Shown here: piece after piece, positions 25,601 to 39,500 of the stretch
Position numbering within the stretch: position 1 is the stretch's first letter
How the letters are laid out: every line of letters starts with the position of its first letter
Assembly: GCA_040954595.2 (NCBI GenBank)
Contig: CM082582.2
Coordinates: forward strand, 4,758,303 to 4,822,302
Source: Balanoglossus misakiensis
Lineage: Eukaryota; Animalia; Hemichordata
Length of the DNA stretch: 64,000 nt
Direction of reading: 5' to 3'
Position numbers and translations under genes: made by a program
The notes under the pieces: generated by a model
Databases searched by the model: none
Told to the model about the DNA's origin: nothing
The model's input: the letters and a program-made list of their open reading frames with translations, nothing else

Positions 25601-26360
25601 TATCGACGACAATGCGAATACTTTAAAAAACTGCAAAACGCCGTGGGGATTGACTTCCGCAGTGATGAGGTCAGAAACATCGCAGAGACAAGGATAAATC
25701 CCAACTTTTTCCGTATATATAAATTCGGTAAAAAATCATGGTGTACAAGTGGTTTTATCAATACATGTAGTTCAAGTAAAACATGGAACACCGTTTTTAC
25801 TATGAAGTAATCCTTTCACCTAAATTGTTCACCAACATCTGATTTATACTGTATTGCCGGTTGAATTGTCGGGTATTTTCTACTTCAGTGATCCTCATTC
25901 CGAATCGTGATTTCTGTCGCAAGTGTTGTTTTTACAAGTTGAGACAGGTGAGGGAGGAGGGCGCTAGCACAGTATTACTAGCATACACTATCAGTTGGAC
26001 AGCACTGGATTTGTCCCAAATCTATGGGATGTAATTATATCGGAATAAAATGAAATACATTTCAACACCATTTTTAACGGGCCTAAGCATGATAAGAGTG
26101 AGCGTGTTCAGATTTGTGTGATCTCGTAGGGTGAGTGATCGATATGATAGGCCCAATGATGACGAAACTGACAGTCATGCAAGCCAAAGAAAATATTCGA
26201 AACGTGGGGAAATATAAGAATGGTTACATTGAACGACTCAATTAGTTAGTTAATTTTTATTGAGAAATAAAAGTGACATAAAATACACACGCAAAAAACA
26301 CAAATCATACGCCAAGCGACCGGTGGGTTAGTCCAGGACAGGACAACTAATATTCACATG

Positions 26361-26622
26361 CAAGATGGTAAGCGCCCTCTTGCGCAAAACAGCAAATGTT
26401 CTTCCGTGACGTCATTTATGAGGGTTTTGATTATCACCCGCTGCGGCGCTGCTGCCTACGGTACGGAGAGTCAGTTTACATTGAATGAGGCCGGCTGCTG
26501 AACGGAGTCTGTATGTTTCTGAGACTACTGTAATCTGCGATCAGTGATTTTTGCATTTATACCAGATTTAGGTTCCAGGGAAAATCATAAGAGGACGAGT
26601 GTGCATATTACAGGGCTAACTA
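26361..26622 (+). promoter_or_regulatory. Putative promoter and non-coding first exon of the kinesin gene
   Basis: CpG-rich patch with a CTCF-like motif (AGCGCCCTCTTGCG, 26371), an ETS-like CTTCCG (26401) abutting a full CRE TGACGTCA (26407-26414), then a donor AG|GTAGGT at ~26622. CpG depletion begins just downstream. Confidence 0.45.
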
Positions 26623-27620
26623 GGTAGGTATCACACATGTTCTTGTCAGAATGTGTTGTTTATTGCAGGAGACCGTGATTTTGCATTGTGAGTGCAACCT
26701 CAGATTACAAACCTGCTTGGTTTTGCTTTTGTTTTCATTTTTTTGGGTGCATAAACGTGTACGTGCACACAGTGGTGTCAAATTCACAACGTGGGAACCA
26801 TGATTTTTAAATCACAGTTTTAGTATAAGAATATCGATCTGGATAGCACACTCTGGCTGCATTGGACTCGTAACACAACACTCAGCCCCCAGCGGTACAA
26901 TCTTTTAGTTTTATCAATTATGTTCATGGATTTATGACTAGGAGACGGTGCAGCCATAGGCTTCTTATGCTAACCGCTATCGACATACGGTTATGGCTAG
27001 CCAGAAGCATGGCAGTACCTCCATAGAATTTACTTTGTCAACTTCACTGCCTGGTCAGTCCGTGGTGTAAACAAACGTTATACAACAGTTGACACTATCC
27101 AGTGGGAAACATATTGTCAGAGGACAGACACAGCAGCGCAAACTAAACAAGTATAAGAATTAGATACGTGTATCTTTTGTTGAGAAAAGTTTACTCATAA
27201 AACCCCATGTGTATACCCACGTTTACGTTACGTGTACGTTATATAAAAAAAACTGTATCATTCAGTCTAAGGTCCAACCTGTTGCAAGCCAGCTGTGGAA
27301 GCTTAGCTGCAGGTTAAAACAATGCATATGCAACAATAACACCGACCAATTGTAGTATTGAACCACAGTCATCACAAAGTTTATAAACCAGTAATTTTTT
27401 AAACTATCAACCAAGAACTTGGAATTGTCTTTGCACATATTTTACCACTTGTATGCTGACTGTAACACAAATTTAGCTCAATCTTTTGGCCATTTTGCTT
27501 TTTTTATGTATTCCTAATGGAATAATACTGGTACATGTGTACGTAGTATTTGCATGTAGCTTATCAACACATACAGTCAATATGTGCAGAAATTTTGGGA
27601 AAACAATAGAAACTTATTAT

Positions 27621-27756
27621 CATAACAATGAAATTGTTTTTCAAATTAGATACTCAACTGTACAAGTGTATAATTAAATTGTACAGTCATAACAATGAAA
27701 TTGTTTTTCAAATTAGATACTCAACTGTACAAGTGTATAATTAAATTGTACAGTCA
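27621..27756. repeat. Perfect 67-bp tandem duplication
   Basis: CATAACAATGAAATTGTTTTTCAAATTAGATACTCAACTGTACAAGTGTATAATTAAATTGTACAGT at 27621-27687 and 27688-27754. Confidence 0.95.
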
Positions 27757-30547
27757 CCAAATAAGTGTGAAAGTGGAGTTTACTAATTAAGCAAATAAAA
27801 AATTCGATGTTTGAATGTATGTGACAATCTGAGATGGTCTGAAAGTTCCTACCTTTTGTCCAATGTAATTAAAATTGTGACTTCCAAAACAGGGGCTGTC
27901 AGAAAATTGTACTTTTCCGTCAAATATCAAGGTCCTTTATTATCTTGAAGCCCAGATACAGATAATTTGTCAAAGTGAGCAATTTTTTGCCATACATGTA
28001 AATGTTCTTTTTTTTAAAAACATAACTTAAAATCCTTGGATACCTTCAGCAATACTACAATGTGATTCATTAATTTACACATGGATTTGCCCAGGGATCG
28101 GGCATTCCTGGGCCAAGCAGATTTATAGCTCAGCATTAATACCATTGTCATCCATTGGTACACAGTTGGATCACACAATGCATACTTTTGTCTACTGTTC
28201 AATGCCGAACACCAGGTTTAACTGCTGACGGTTTGTCAATTTAATCCTGATTATATCAATAAACATTTTAAGAAGGTTGGCACAAAAAGTACCGATCTGT
28301 ACCAATTTGTACATGTGTACAGTAAGCACATCCTCTGGGGATTAACACTGAGATAGGATCTAAGCTGGTAAATTCCGAGAAACAGTTTGTACGTATCAGT
28401 GAATGTTGAAAAGTTGTGTTCTGTAATGTAGATGGGACTCACTAGTACTACATGACTATGTAGCTGTGGTACAGATACCCACTTTCTGTTTTAGTTACAC
28501 GTCTAAAATGAGTATTCCTACAGTTTTTGTGTGTGCCAACAGGTATCAGATGTGTATTTCATGGTCGAGTTTTACATTAACCATTCATAGGCTCAACCAA
28601 GTAATCCGATCTGTCGCTTGGTTATCACTGATGCATACGCACTCTGCATACCTTCTCAGCGATTCTGTCCTACCATTTAGATTTTACAATAAGCCACTTA
28701 AAGTCCCCTTATAAAACCTATGCAAATGGTGATTTAAATAGTACTGTATTTTGACAAAATGGCCGGCCCAGCATGTTAGCTGCCCCTCAAGACGTAGATT
28801 ACACATACCCCAGCAGGTTTGTTCTTTTGTACAGTGCTAGTGAATAAATAAGTTGGCGGTCAAAAAATCTGCAATGGAGTGTACACACCACTTTCATGTC
28901 CTAGATTTATCCCCAGTCATGGCTATGGCCCAACCTATACATGCATTAATTTGTGGCTCTGTTATGAACAATAAGGCATCTGTCTCACCATTGTAAATGA
29001 GTCGAGGGTTCAAATAATTTCTAGGCCTTGGTACTAAATGTTTTCTGTGAGCCAAGAATCCAAAATGCACAGGGTTGATTTTAGAAAGTCAAATTGAGTA
29101 CTTCAAAACACCATTCATTTGTTGCATGAAATATTAAATTACTGTGAGGAGATTTCAAGTAATTGCCATATTAGTTTTTATAGGACATACTAAAAATTGT
29201 TCTTATATATTTGCTTTATAATACAGCATGTGTTTTCACCTAAAATGCATTGTTGTACATTATTGTTCCTGTCATGTTTCAGATATTACACATAGGTTTT
29301 AACATTGACTAACATTCTTAATATCACACTAGCAAAAAAAAATGTGGCATTTTATTCCATTTTGTGAGAGATACATGTATACATGTATGCAAGTGCATGT
29401 CAGCTGATTATTGTGTGTTTAACTGCATGGCATGATATCAACTAACAGTTTGTCCCTTTACCACAGGCATGGCATTCAACAGCTAGGTTACCAGTCACCA
29501 TGATCCATCGTAGATGAAGCCAAAGACAGCAAGGGGACCGATCATCCTCCAAATCAGAGATTCCACTCTGAGTGACTGCATGCACATACTCTTCTTGTGT
29601 TATTGAGTGCAAAGGATTTAGGCAAAAATCATACAATGGCACACAGGGTAAGAATTGTCATTTGCACCCCGCTAGTCACCACATGAAGCTGTAGCAGACT
29701 GAGAGACATGCAGGGTTGCTTTTTTCATGTAATTATCCAACTTGGCAGTCTTCCAGAATAACACTCACTGTGCTGTAGTGCATTAATTTTAATTAGGCTT
29801 TTACCTCTTGTGTGACTGACAGAATGAAAAAAATAATGCATCAATATTAAGCATATTCATGCTATACAAGTGTACATGTATTTCCTGATATTCAAATTTT
29901 TATTTGCATATATGTGTTTTTCTGAATAAAAACATACTGAAAATGTTTATATTCATAAAAGCTACTATGCTGATAGATTAAATTTAAGGTATTTGGCAAA
30001 TAAAAACTCATGGAAAGTGGTAATTTTCATAATAACCTATCTGCTTTACGTAACAGCTTTTATTTGTTATCACTTTTGGGTACAAGGTTATTGAACTGAT
30101 ATTTTTCATCGATTGGTTCTATTACAATGTGGGATGTCAGGTTGCTATAGCAACTCTGCCTGAACAAAATAGTCCATAGCAAATGATTGGAGTGAAAGCC
30201 CAGAATGGCACATTTGTGTCACAATGGTAGAGAGACATGCGTCATAATATTGGAATTAAAGGTCTCTTGTCTGGGGACAGTAGAAAAAAAAGTGTACAGT
30301 GTACATATATAATCTACATCACATCTGCTAACCATAAGTCTAGTGTACGACTACGTGTTTATTACAGACATGGAGTGTTCTATTCCATCCGACGGAATTT
30401 GTTTTTATCTGCCGTTGTTGCCCTCCATGTACAGAAAGGATTTCAGTCAGATGAAAATCAGACAAGTCTAAATATCAGGCTGTATCTTCACATTGAATGT
30501 TGCTTTCTCCTCGCTAGATATCCAAAAACCCTGTCTTCAAGACACCT

Positions 30548-33500
30548 ATGACCTTCAGTCCAAGACTGGATGGACAGAAAGCCAGACCATCACCCTCAAG
30601 ACATGAACTGCTCATGGAAGAACTAGGACTCAATGGTGAGTACATTTTACTGTGGTAAAAAAGTCACTTGTGTTAATCATACACAATTTCATCAATATGG
30701 TCTGTGCAAATAGTTAGGGTCAAGCTAGCTGCAGTAATGGTAGCCATGGTGGGCAGAGTCGTGCAGTTTGTGCGATGTTTCATGCAGCTTTCGCAGTTGG
30801 GCCTGACGCACTACCCAACCACCAACCAGCCAACCAAGGCTACAATTATTGCAGCTAGCTTCACGCCTGCATATACATGTATAATATAGCTTGATTTTAC
30901 ATGAATGTGACACATCATGAACTTACACGTATGTGATGACATCATCAAATTTTGTGTTCATCGCTGGCATATATGGACATGGCACGACTTACATGTACAT
31001 GTATGCATATATAAAAACTAACGTAGCTTGTACACCTAAACCACCAAATGGCAACTGTCTGTTGGGACAACATCTGTGAAACAGAGTCACCTGGCTGGCA
31101 CATGCCTGTACAATATGTGCACCTAGAAATCTCCAGGGCGTGAAAGTAGACCTCTGTTCTCTGTGTTTTGTTTACAATGAAAGCAAATTAGAATCTCTGT
31201 TTGATCTCAGTAAAATGATAATACAGGCACATTCTAAACAAATTTAAGTGAATTCTGAAGAGTTAAGGTGTAGTGTATGCGCGGTCAGGCAGAATTTTTA
31301 ATCAGTGCAGTTACAGCATTAAAAATCAGCAGGTGTGAAATTCTCTTTTATATCGACACAAGTAAGTTCGCACACACACACACCTTCAAATTAACCCTTG
31401 TCTTTACACCTTCAGAATTCTACTACTGTAACCATGGCAACAACTGCCCATAAAGTCAGACATGTATTATTATGTAAATAAGAACGTACCTGTATGTTGG
31501 TGAAATCTGCCGTCTTGTTCCATTCTGTTGTGCCCTTGAAAGGGAAACTGCATTCTGTGTAGTGGCTTCACTGTTCAGCCGTTCAAAAGAAGGTGAATTT
31601 TATGGTGTCCGTGGATAAAAGTTTTCATTAGTGTAGTATTATCAGACTGAAAAGATGTTGGGTTATTTTTTATAGTACAAGTCACTAAAATAAAATGCTA
31701 TAAGATTGATCCTCAAAGTCTGTACTGCAAGGACATTGGTTTGTGTAGTCTTGAAGTCAGTGTCACTGAACGTACTGTAAATGCTGAAGTAATAAGTTGA
31801 ATGATCAAAATCCCCAACTTTAATAGTACCGGTAGTATTGTATCACATATTTGTGATTGCTGCAAGATTTATTTACTTTTGTATTAACATGCATTTGTGT
31901 CTTCTGAACCTGTTGCTGACATTTGCAAGTAGCATTAAATTTGACAAATTTGTTCTTGAACCTCATTCTGATTCTGTTGGCTTTATCACAAAATCCGAAA
32001 GTCTGAACAGCATTCAGCAGTAGTGAGTTATTTAATTTAACCCACATCATTTGCAATCCATCTACTTCAAATTGAAAATTGATGCAGGGAAAATAAATTC
32101 CTTCCAAAGATTGATAATTGTAAGTTATACGAGATATACAACCAAGGGTTAATATGATAAAGACATGGTCGCAATGAGGTCGCATAAATAATGATGATCA
32201 GAAGATGATGAGTCAGCATCTCATGCTAATAATATCCTAATTATGGAATGAAATACTTTGTGCTAACCCTGGATATCATCATCATTGAAGACGAAAACAT
32301 GTCACGCTGGCATTTGCCACGTCATCTAAACTGACTATGGATGACATAAGGCTACAATTGTATTTTATAGTATCAATTCACCACATAAACTCGATTAGAT
32401 AAATGTGAAAGGACCTTTTACCATTGGCATGTCAGACATTTTTCTGCATACGATATTTGTTATCACAAAATGCCTTACAGTTCAGACAAGAATGCTACAC
32501 GTATGTTAAAAATACCTGTGAATTTCTTTTTAATGCCTGGTAAAACTTCAAAATAATAACAGGGATATAATTTGCTGCAACAAATTTTATACATCAGGTT
32601 CTATCTTTATGACCATTGTAATGTTGCTCTAACCTGAGCTGGATGATAATGGTCAACAAAATTATGGAACTTTAACTTCAATGTACATAGTGCAGTTTTG
32701 TTTTCAAAATCAGAGCTATTGCATTTGTGGAAGACTAATATATTTTTTCATCCTATACAATAAATATGATTCAAAATGAAATTAAAAAGTTTGAATTGAA
32801 CTGTAGGCTGATCTAACGTGAAAATAGTGTGTGACATCTTGCAAGAATCGTGGGCAATATCCAAGCAGAATAAGGCATATCAATAATTTGTGTGATTATT
32901 GGTCCATTTTCTTTGGGGGTTTTTCACCAAAAAGTTAAAATTGTTATTGTAATGTACTGTACACCCAGCTTCATTGGAGTAAGATATGATCTGACTAACA
33001 AACGAATATCACCCAGTATTGGCCTCTCAGACTCAAAACAACGACTCAGTATGCATTACAATTGTAGTCATTAAATTAAATGCCTCTGTTTGTATTCTGT
33101 GTTCCATTTGTTTCTTCTGAAATTAATGTATTCAACTTTAGCCTTATCTTTTTGGTATGCACATGTAGGTAATATTTACACGTGTACATGCCTACATGTA
33201 CATTCAATGGATATGAGAACAAATTAAGAACATTTATAAGCAGTGCATTCAGTGTCTAGATGTGATTGAGGATTGACCTGTTGATGACATTACAGATGAA
33301 GCTATAGGGATAACCAACGTAACATTTATTGTAATGTGTCCAACATATGAAATTATTTTTAACAACATTATTCACATACTAAGTATAAACATTCAGTCGT
33401 GCAAAACTTGACCTAGTGAATCGATTACTCTGACCTCTGACTTTGAGATTCATCTGCAGTGACTGTGCTTTGCCATTGTTTCATCTCAGATGTCAAATGA

Positions 33501-36500
33501 GCTACAGTGAAGATTAGGAATAGCTTTCCGATTTGCTAACAAGGTGTTTATAATGGGTCAGCACTGGGTTAGCCTGTGTGTTGCAACAGTGTTACCAAGT
33601 GTTACAGAGGTGTGAAACTGCTGGCCCACTTGGCATTGTGCTTAGACACATATTTGTATTTTTTGTATTAAGATGTTCAGTAGCTTCAATAGCTTTCTAT
33701 TATAAAGTGTCCTTGACTTCTGAAGTCATTCATTACTAATAGAGACTTTACTAAAACAGGTATTAAAACCAACATCAATGTCAGTGTCACATCTCAGTGG
33801 ACCCGACTGAGGAGAGAGTGTTATTGCCGTCACATTTACGGTACACTTGATTCCTGCTGCTGCGTATTGACTAGTCTATAGAAATCAATAAACACTTTGA
33901 ACGTCAAAAAGGTGAACATTTACCAAACCATTCACTCCCACTTTGACCTAATGTAATTAAGACATTCCGCTTTTGATTTTGTACATAAAAGTGAAAGCAT
34001 ATTGTCTGTGGTTAATAGCTGTGACCTGGTCCCTGGCTGTAGTGCCCCATTCTTTCCAAACAAGTACTCATTTCTGCGGCAACAAATTATTTTTCGTGCT
34101 TTTGTTTGTGATGGGGCTAACGATTTTCAAATTGCATTGGGCTATAATGTCGACGTTTATTGGCCCGAATGGCTGATTTCACACACCCCTGTCACTTGTT
34201 GATGTTTGTGGCATTGATTTCACCTTTAGAAGCAGTGAGATCATTAAATTTGAGTGGTGGCGCGTAAAATTTGATGGCGCACATCCGAGAAGGGAAATCT
34301 TGTTTTCCCCACATCAAAGAGAGCTGGGACTTTTGTCAGTTTTAATAGACTGATCAACAAGTCGCTGTCAGAGTCAACAAATTGTCCCCTCCATATTGCG
34401 TTTCTTTGCCTTGATTGTGTTCCTAAATAAGACTGTTGCAAGAAGAATATCCAGTTTATTTTATGTACTCTGCACTGGTACACACACAAGGTGTGTAGAA
34501 TGATATCACTTGCAACAAGCATATTGTCCAGATTCATCTTGTTTTATTTGGCAATATATTTTAAACGTCAGCATCACAAATCAACTTAATTCAATGTGGT
34601 ATCAATTCATTCAATGAATTCAACCATGTCTTGAATTCTGATACCATGATTACATACAATATCACAAAGTAAAAGTACTTGTGACTTACAACATGTATAC
34701 TTAGTGTGACCTGGAATTGGTACACACACAAACTATAGGTAAATGTCAGACTTCTGACAACAAATAGAATCACATTCTTCAAGAAGTGTATACTTATCCA
34801 TAGTGATGAATGTTGTGCAAAGTGGCATTTATTCAGGTATAGACTTGATTTGAGATATTTATTTTATACAACCTGAATGGCCATATGCATTGAATGATGC
34901 ATGTAACTTGTAACCCACCACTATATACTGTTTTTCTTCTTTCGCTCGCACTTGTATACATGTAGGTCTTTGTTTTCATTGAAAAGATAATCTTTAATCT
35001 TTAAATCTGCTTAGAGCTGTATTCTACTATATTATTTTGTGCATCATTCATACATTGTACCCATTACATTATGGTGTCTAAATGAATATCTATTGCATAT
35101 GGTGAGTAAAATTGTTTTTGCAAGTTTGCCAAACTTTTTTCAACTCTTTTATTTCTGTCAAGGCTACATGTAGCTGGACTGCTCTGGTACATGTAATCTT
35201 GGTAACCTCGTCATTTAGAAAACAATTAGTGTACGGTAATGGTCAGTCAATGGATGAGTAATATACTCCAAATAGAGAGAAATGTATTGTGTTACAATGT
35301 ACCATCTCATATATCTAGATGAACTAGTCATCCAGACAGAAATAAGAGTAGCTTATGATAGAATATTTCACAAAAGTTTGATTCAGTGTGATTCGGTTTC
35401 CTTTTGGTCAAATCAATCTTTTATTTAGTTATATTGATGAGCTCCACAAATCTTAAAACCAAGATAGAAATACTAGAAGTAAAATTCTATAAAAAATCAG
35501 TTTTGAAATTATGGTTTAAATGATATTTAAAGCACAGTAGTTCTGTGTTTCAAGTGCACAGAAAGTTATCAAAGAATGGGATTTTTTTGTTTTTATATCT
35601 ATAATGCTATACTTGTAGGCTAGCCCAGTGACATTCACAAGTTAGCGTCAAGTACACAGGTATGCAGCTAAACTGCTTTGTAAAAAATATCATGCTAAGT
35701 CTTTGAAAAGACTTCATACACAATGTCATGCATGAAGGCAGTCACCTGCACAGCATTTCTATTAACACCCCACCCAGGAGTATATGTATTGTAGTTTCCT
35801 GAATACTTGCAAGTACAACTGTATTACTGTACATATTAACATCTGATTTCCATCATTCCAAGCCTTTGAATGATGGAAATAAGATTTTTTCAGGTTGCAA
35901 GTTTATTTTCCCTGTGTAATAACCCACCCACTGAAACATCATCTTTGATGTGAAACTTGACTCGACCTCCCCCCCCCCCCCCCCCCCCCCCTCAAAAAAA
36001 AAGTACCAGTACAAAAAGTGAGAGAGACAAAGACTTGGTATGAGTACCTAACCCATTGAAATGTCCCAATCAAGCATGGAGACGTTAAGTCGAAAAAAGA
36101 ACAAAGAGAGACTTAAAAGTTGTAATGTAATGGCACAGGGCAGTAGACTACATGACTCCAACCAAAAGCCAATAAAAAGAACAACAGGTTCCTGGTGAGA
36201 ACGCCACACAGTGGGAATTGTAGGACACAACAATGTAATTTAGACTACCTGTGGTCCCAGTGACACCTGCCTTTCAATGTTCAGTCAACATGTTTCCACC
36301 TTTCGTGTATATGGGTGGCACTAGTAATCCCTTTACACAATACAGTTACTGTATCAATGCTGAGACTACATGTAACTGTAACTGAGTTTATTCATATAGA
36401 TTAATTTTCAGAGAAATCTGAAAAAATTTGAATAGGACTCGATTTTTGTCACCAAATCTATGCGAACTGAACAATGGCGTAAACAGCGGTGTTGAATAGA

Positions 36501-39500
36501 GAACTGTCTGTGAACTTTTATTTTTCACACTTGTAGAATTAGAAAACAAGTTCAGAACCTATGCACCAACATGTATAATAAACATGTCTATGTGAATGCC
36601 ACATACATGTACATGTAGATGAGTTTCTTCTGTGTGTTAGCAATCAATGTTTTACAGCTGAGGCTTGAATGTACGAATGTATGATTTCAGGGATTACTAC
36701 CAGTGCATTAAAACCTCAATCATCATCCCATTCCTCTTGCAAGAAATTGTTTGTTTATTTTGCCTTTTTGACTTCATGCCAAATATTTCTGTCTCTGACA
36801 GATTTGCTCTCGCCATCAAACTCCCGCCAAGAAATGTTTATGTTATCAGCATATGGCTGCATGACCCAGTCTCACCTCAAATCACAAACACTCCATGAAA
36901 ACTCAAACATCATGCATGACCATATGGCTGTATGGGTCTTGCATGGCCTCACATACTAGATATGTATTTCACAAGTGCTAATACATGTATGTAATAGTGT
37001 TTTGCTATGTGTACATGTACATGTATGTGTTGGGATATTTTTTGACAATGGTCTTTGCAATCAGCTGTTGAGTCATCAGATCTGATAGGAGAGCCATTCT
37101 AAAATTAAAGTATTATTAATCCTGATAATATCTTGGACCGACTGAAGGTCATATACACACATATCCGATCAAGCTACAGATTGAATTTCATTTGACCCTC
37201 GAATAGACATAGTTGTGAGGTGATTCTACAGCCGTTCCCTCATCGCGCATGCACTACGTGAAGTGTCTCATTTCAAAGACACTGCAGGTCATCAATATGA
37301 TGATCATCATGTATATTGTTATGTAGGATAGATTTACTGACATCAGACACACACAGTATGAGAAACCCTTGACACTTGATGGCGCTGTTCATTCTGCGAT
37401 CCATTCTGCTCTGCAACTGTAAAGTACAGCAACTTTCATTCAGAATATGTAGACAAGCCTTCGTCATCAGATAATTTAATGAACTTATGTAATTATAATT
37501 AAGCTGACGAACTTCTGTATCCTCCCTCAATGTTACAATTACCAAAAGAATAACATTCGTCCCATGTTCTACATGTACAAATGTACTAGTAACACAAATT
37601 TTGCCTCAGTGACCCCTTCCATTTGTTTACATGTACACTCAGTGATTAATACTGACAGAAATTTTCCGTAATTCTGTATAGAACTCTGATATCATAACTG
37701 AATCTTTGTACTATAGTGGCGTATACTGCACCATTGAGAGTCAAGTATCTTTTAGAAGAAAACGTATCTTGTCTACATGCATGTATAATAACATTGTGTT
37801 TGTTTTCATTCTTCTCTGTAGATATGTCTGATGGTGAAGACAGTACATCCAGTGGAGATGATGAACTCGAAGTGGATCAAATGTCAGCACAGGGTGAGAT
37901 ATCTCAGTTTTGTGACTATATCCGAGTTACAGGAAACTTTTAACACATACAGTCAAGACACAAATTAGGTTTAATACTTATTACTGGTTACAGATACTGA
38001 ATGCTAATTCACGCAGTTGTAAGCATTTGATTTGAAAAACAAGCTGACATGAAAATTCAGGCTGGCTCCTGCGAAAAGTATCTGACAAGAGGCTTTTGTT
38101 TGTCACGTCTCATAGCTTTTTAAAATGTTCCTTCAATCGGCCGTAGATTTTGATATTTAATCTGACAGGAGAATGCTTTGTCTGTGAATTCCAATTTCAG
38201 GTGTGTGTTCTTTGGTGGAATTTCAAGCCATGCAGAGAGAGCTGGACGAGAGGAATAAACAAAGAGAAGATCTCATGTTTAGGATTAAGGTCAGTGTCCC
38301 GTAAAGGCTGTGTAAGTACAGTAGTGTGATTTGACATCTTGAAGGAGGTATCAGTTCGAAATTACCTAATAGGTTGTCCAGGTTACGTGGATTGAATGTG
38401 AGGAGGTTGTGTTTACACTTGGAGTTTTGGGGGGATTATCACTACTGCCATGGGAACCAGTTCTGACAACTTAAGAGTGCTGTGGCAGTAAAGTGTGATA
38501 AAAGCATGTCCCAAACATGTGCCCAAACAATGCTGTATATACATGTACATGTAAATTGTACATGTAGGCTAGAACTTGCTTGCACTGTAGTACGTCTTTG
38601 TTTTGTCAAGTCATAAACAAACTCAAGACACCTATAAATATGTACACATTACACATACAGCAAATCCATGTTCAGAATCCATACTTGTATGTTTCCCACA
38701 AATATATACTTGAATTTATTATTACACTCTATTATTCTGTGCCTCCAGATGTTGACAGATAATAATAAACAGTACAAGTCAAGAGTCATCAAGGAAGAAA
38801 CGAGTAAAAAACAACAAATTCGAATCATGAGGAAAACTCATGAAGCTCACCTTGATGAGAAGAGAGAATTGATCAAGAGTTTACAGGATGTGATTGAAGA
38901 ACAGGAATCGAAAATATTTGAACTGGAAGCTGAGTTGAAAGGTAAGTAGTTTAGAGAAGATGGCACCACAAGGGGAGATATTTCAGAAAATTTAAATTCT
39001 TCATTTCTTTGCTACATACAAACCTGTGTGGCATTATTTTGAAAAAAACAAGGAATTTTATATATTCGCTATTTTGTTCCTCCCCCCCCCAAAAAAAAAA
39101 AAAAATTAAGTATCAGTAGGTTTTAAAAAAAACTGTAATAATTCAAAATGTTGCTCAGATCTTTGATTTTTTTCTTACATTGTTCCAACAGAAATAGTGT
39201 AACATGTATTTCAGTAAAAGTGAAGAAAAGTTTGAAAGTGATTCTCAAGAAATCTATTCTTGTATGCAGTAGAATGAGATTGTGTTGACCCAGAAGAGGT
39301 TTCACAATGCCAAGATTTTGATATTCTTTCATGTCCAACTGCTGGCTTGACATTTTCATCACTTGGATCCATGGCATAGTAGCAGAGATGTAGATCTGAA
39401 CACAAACACATTATTCTTTACCCACAGGAGTCAAGACAAGTCCTAAAACCACAAAGGGTTCCACTGGTATACAGAAAATGGTGGAAGCCATTGAAAGATT

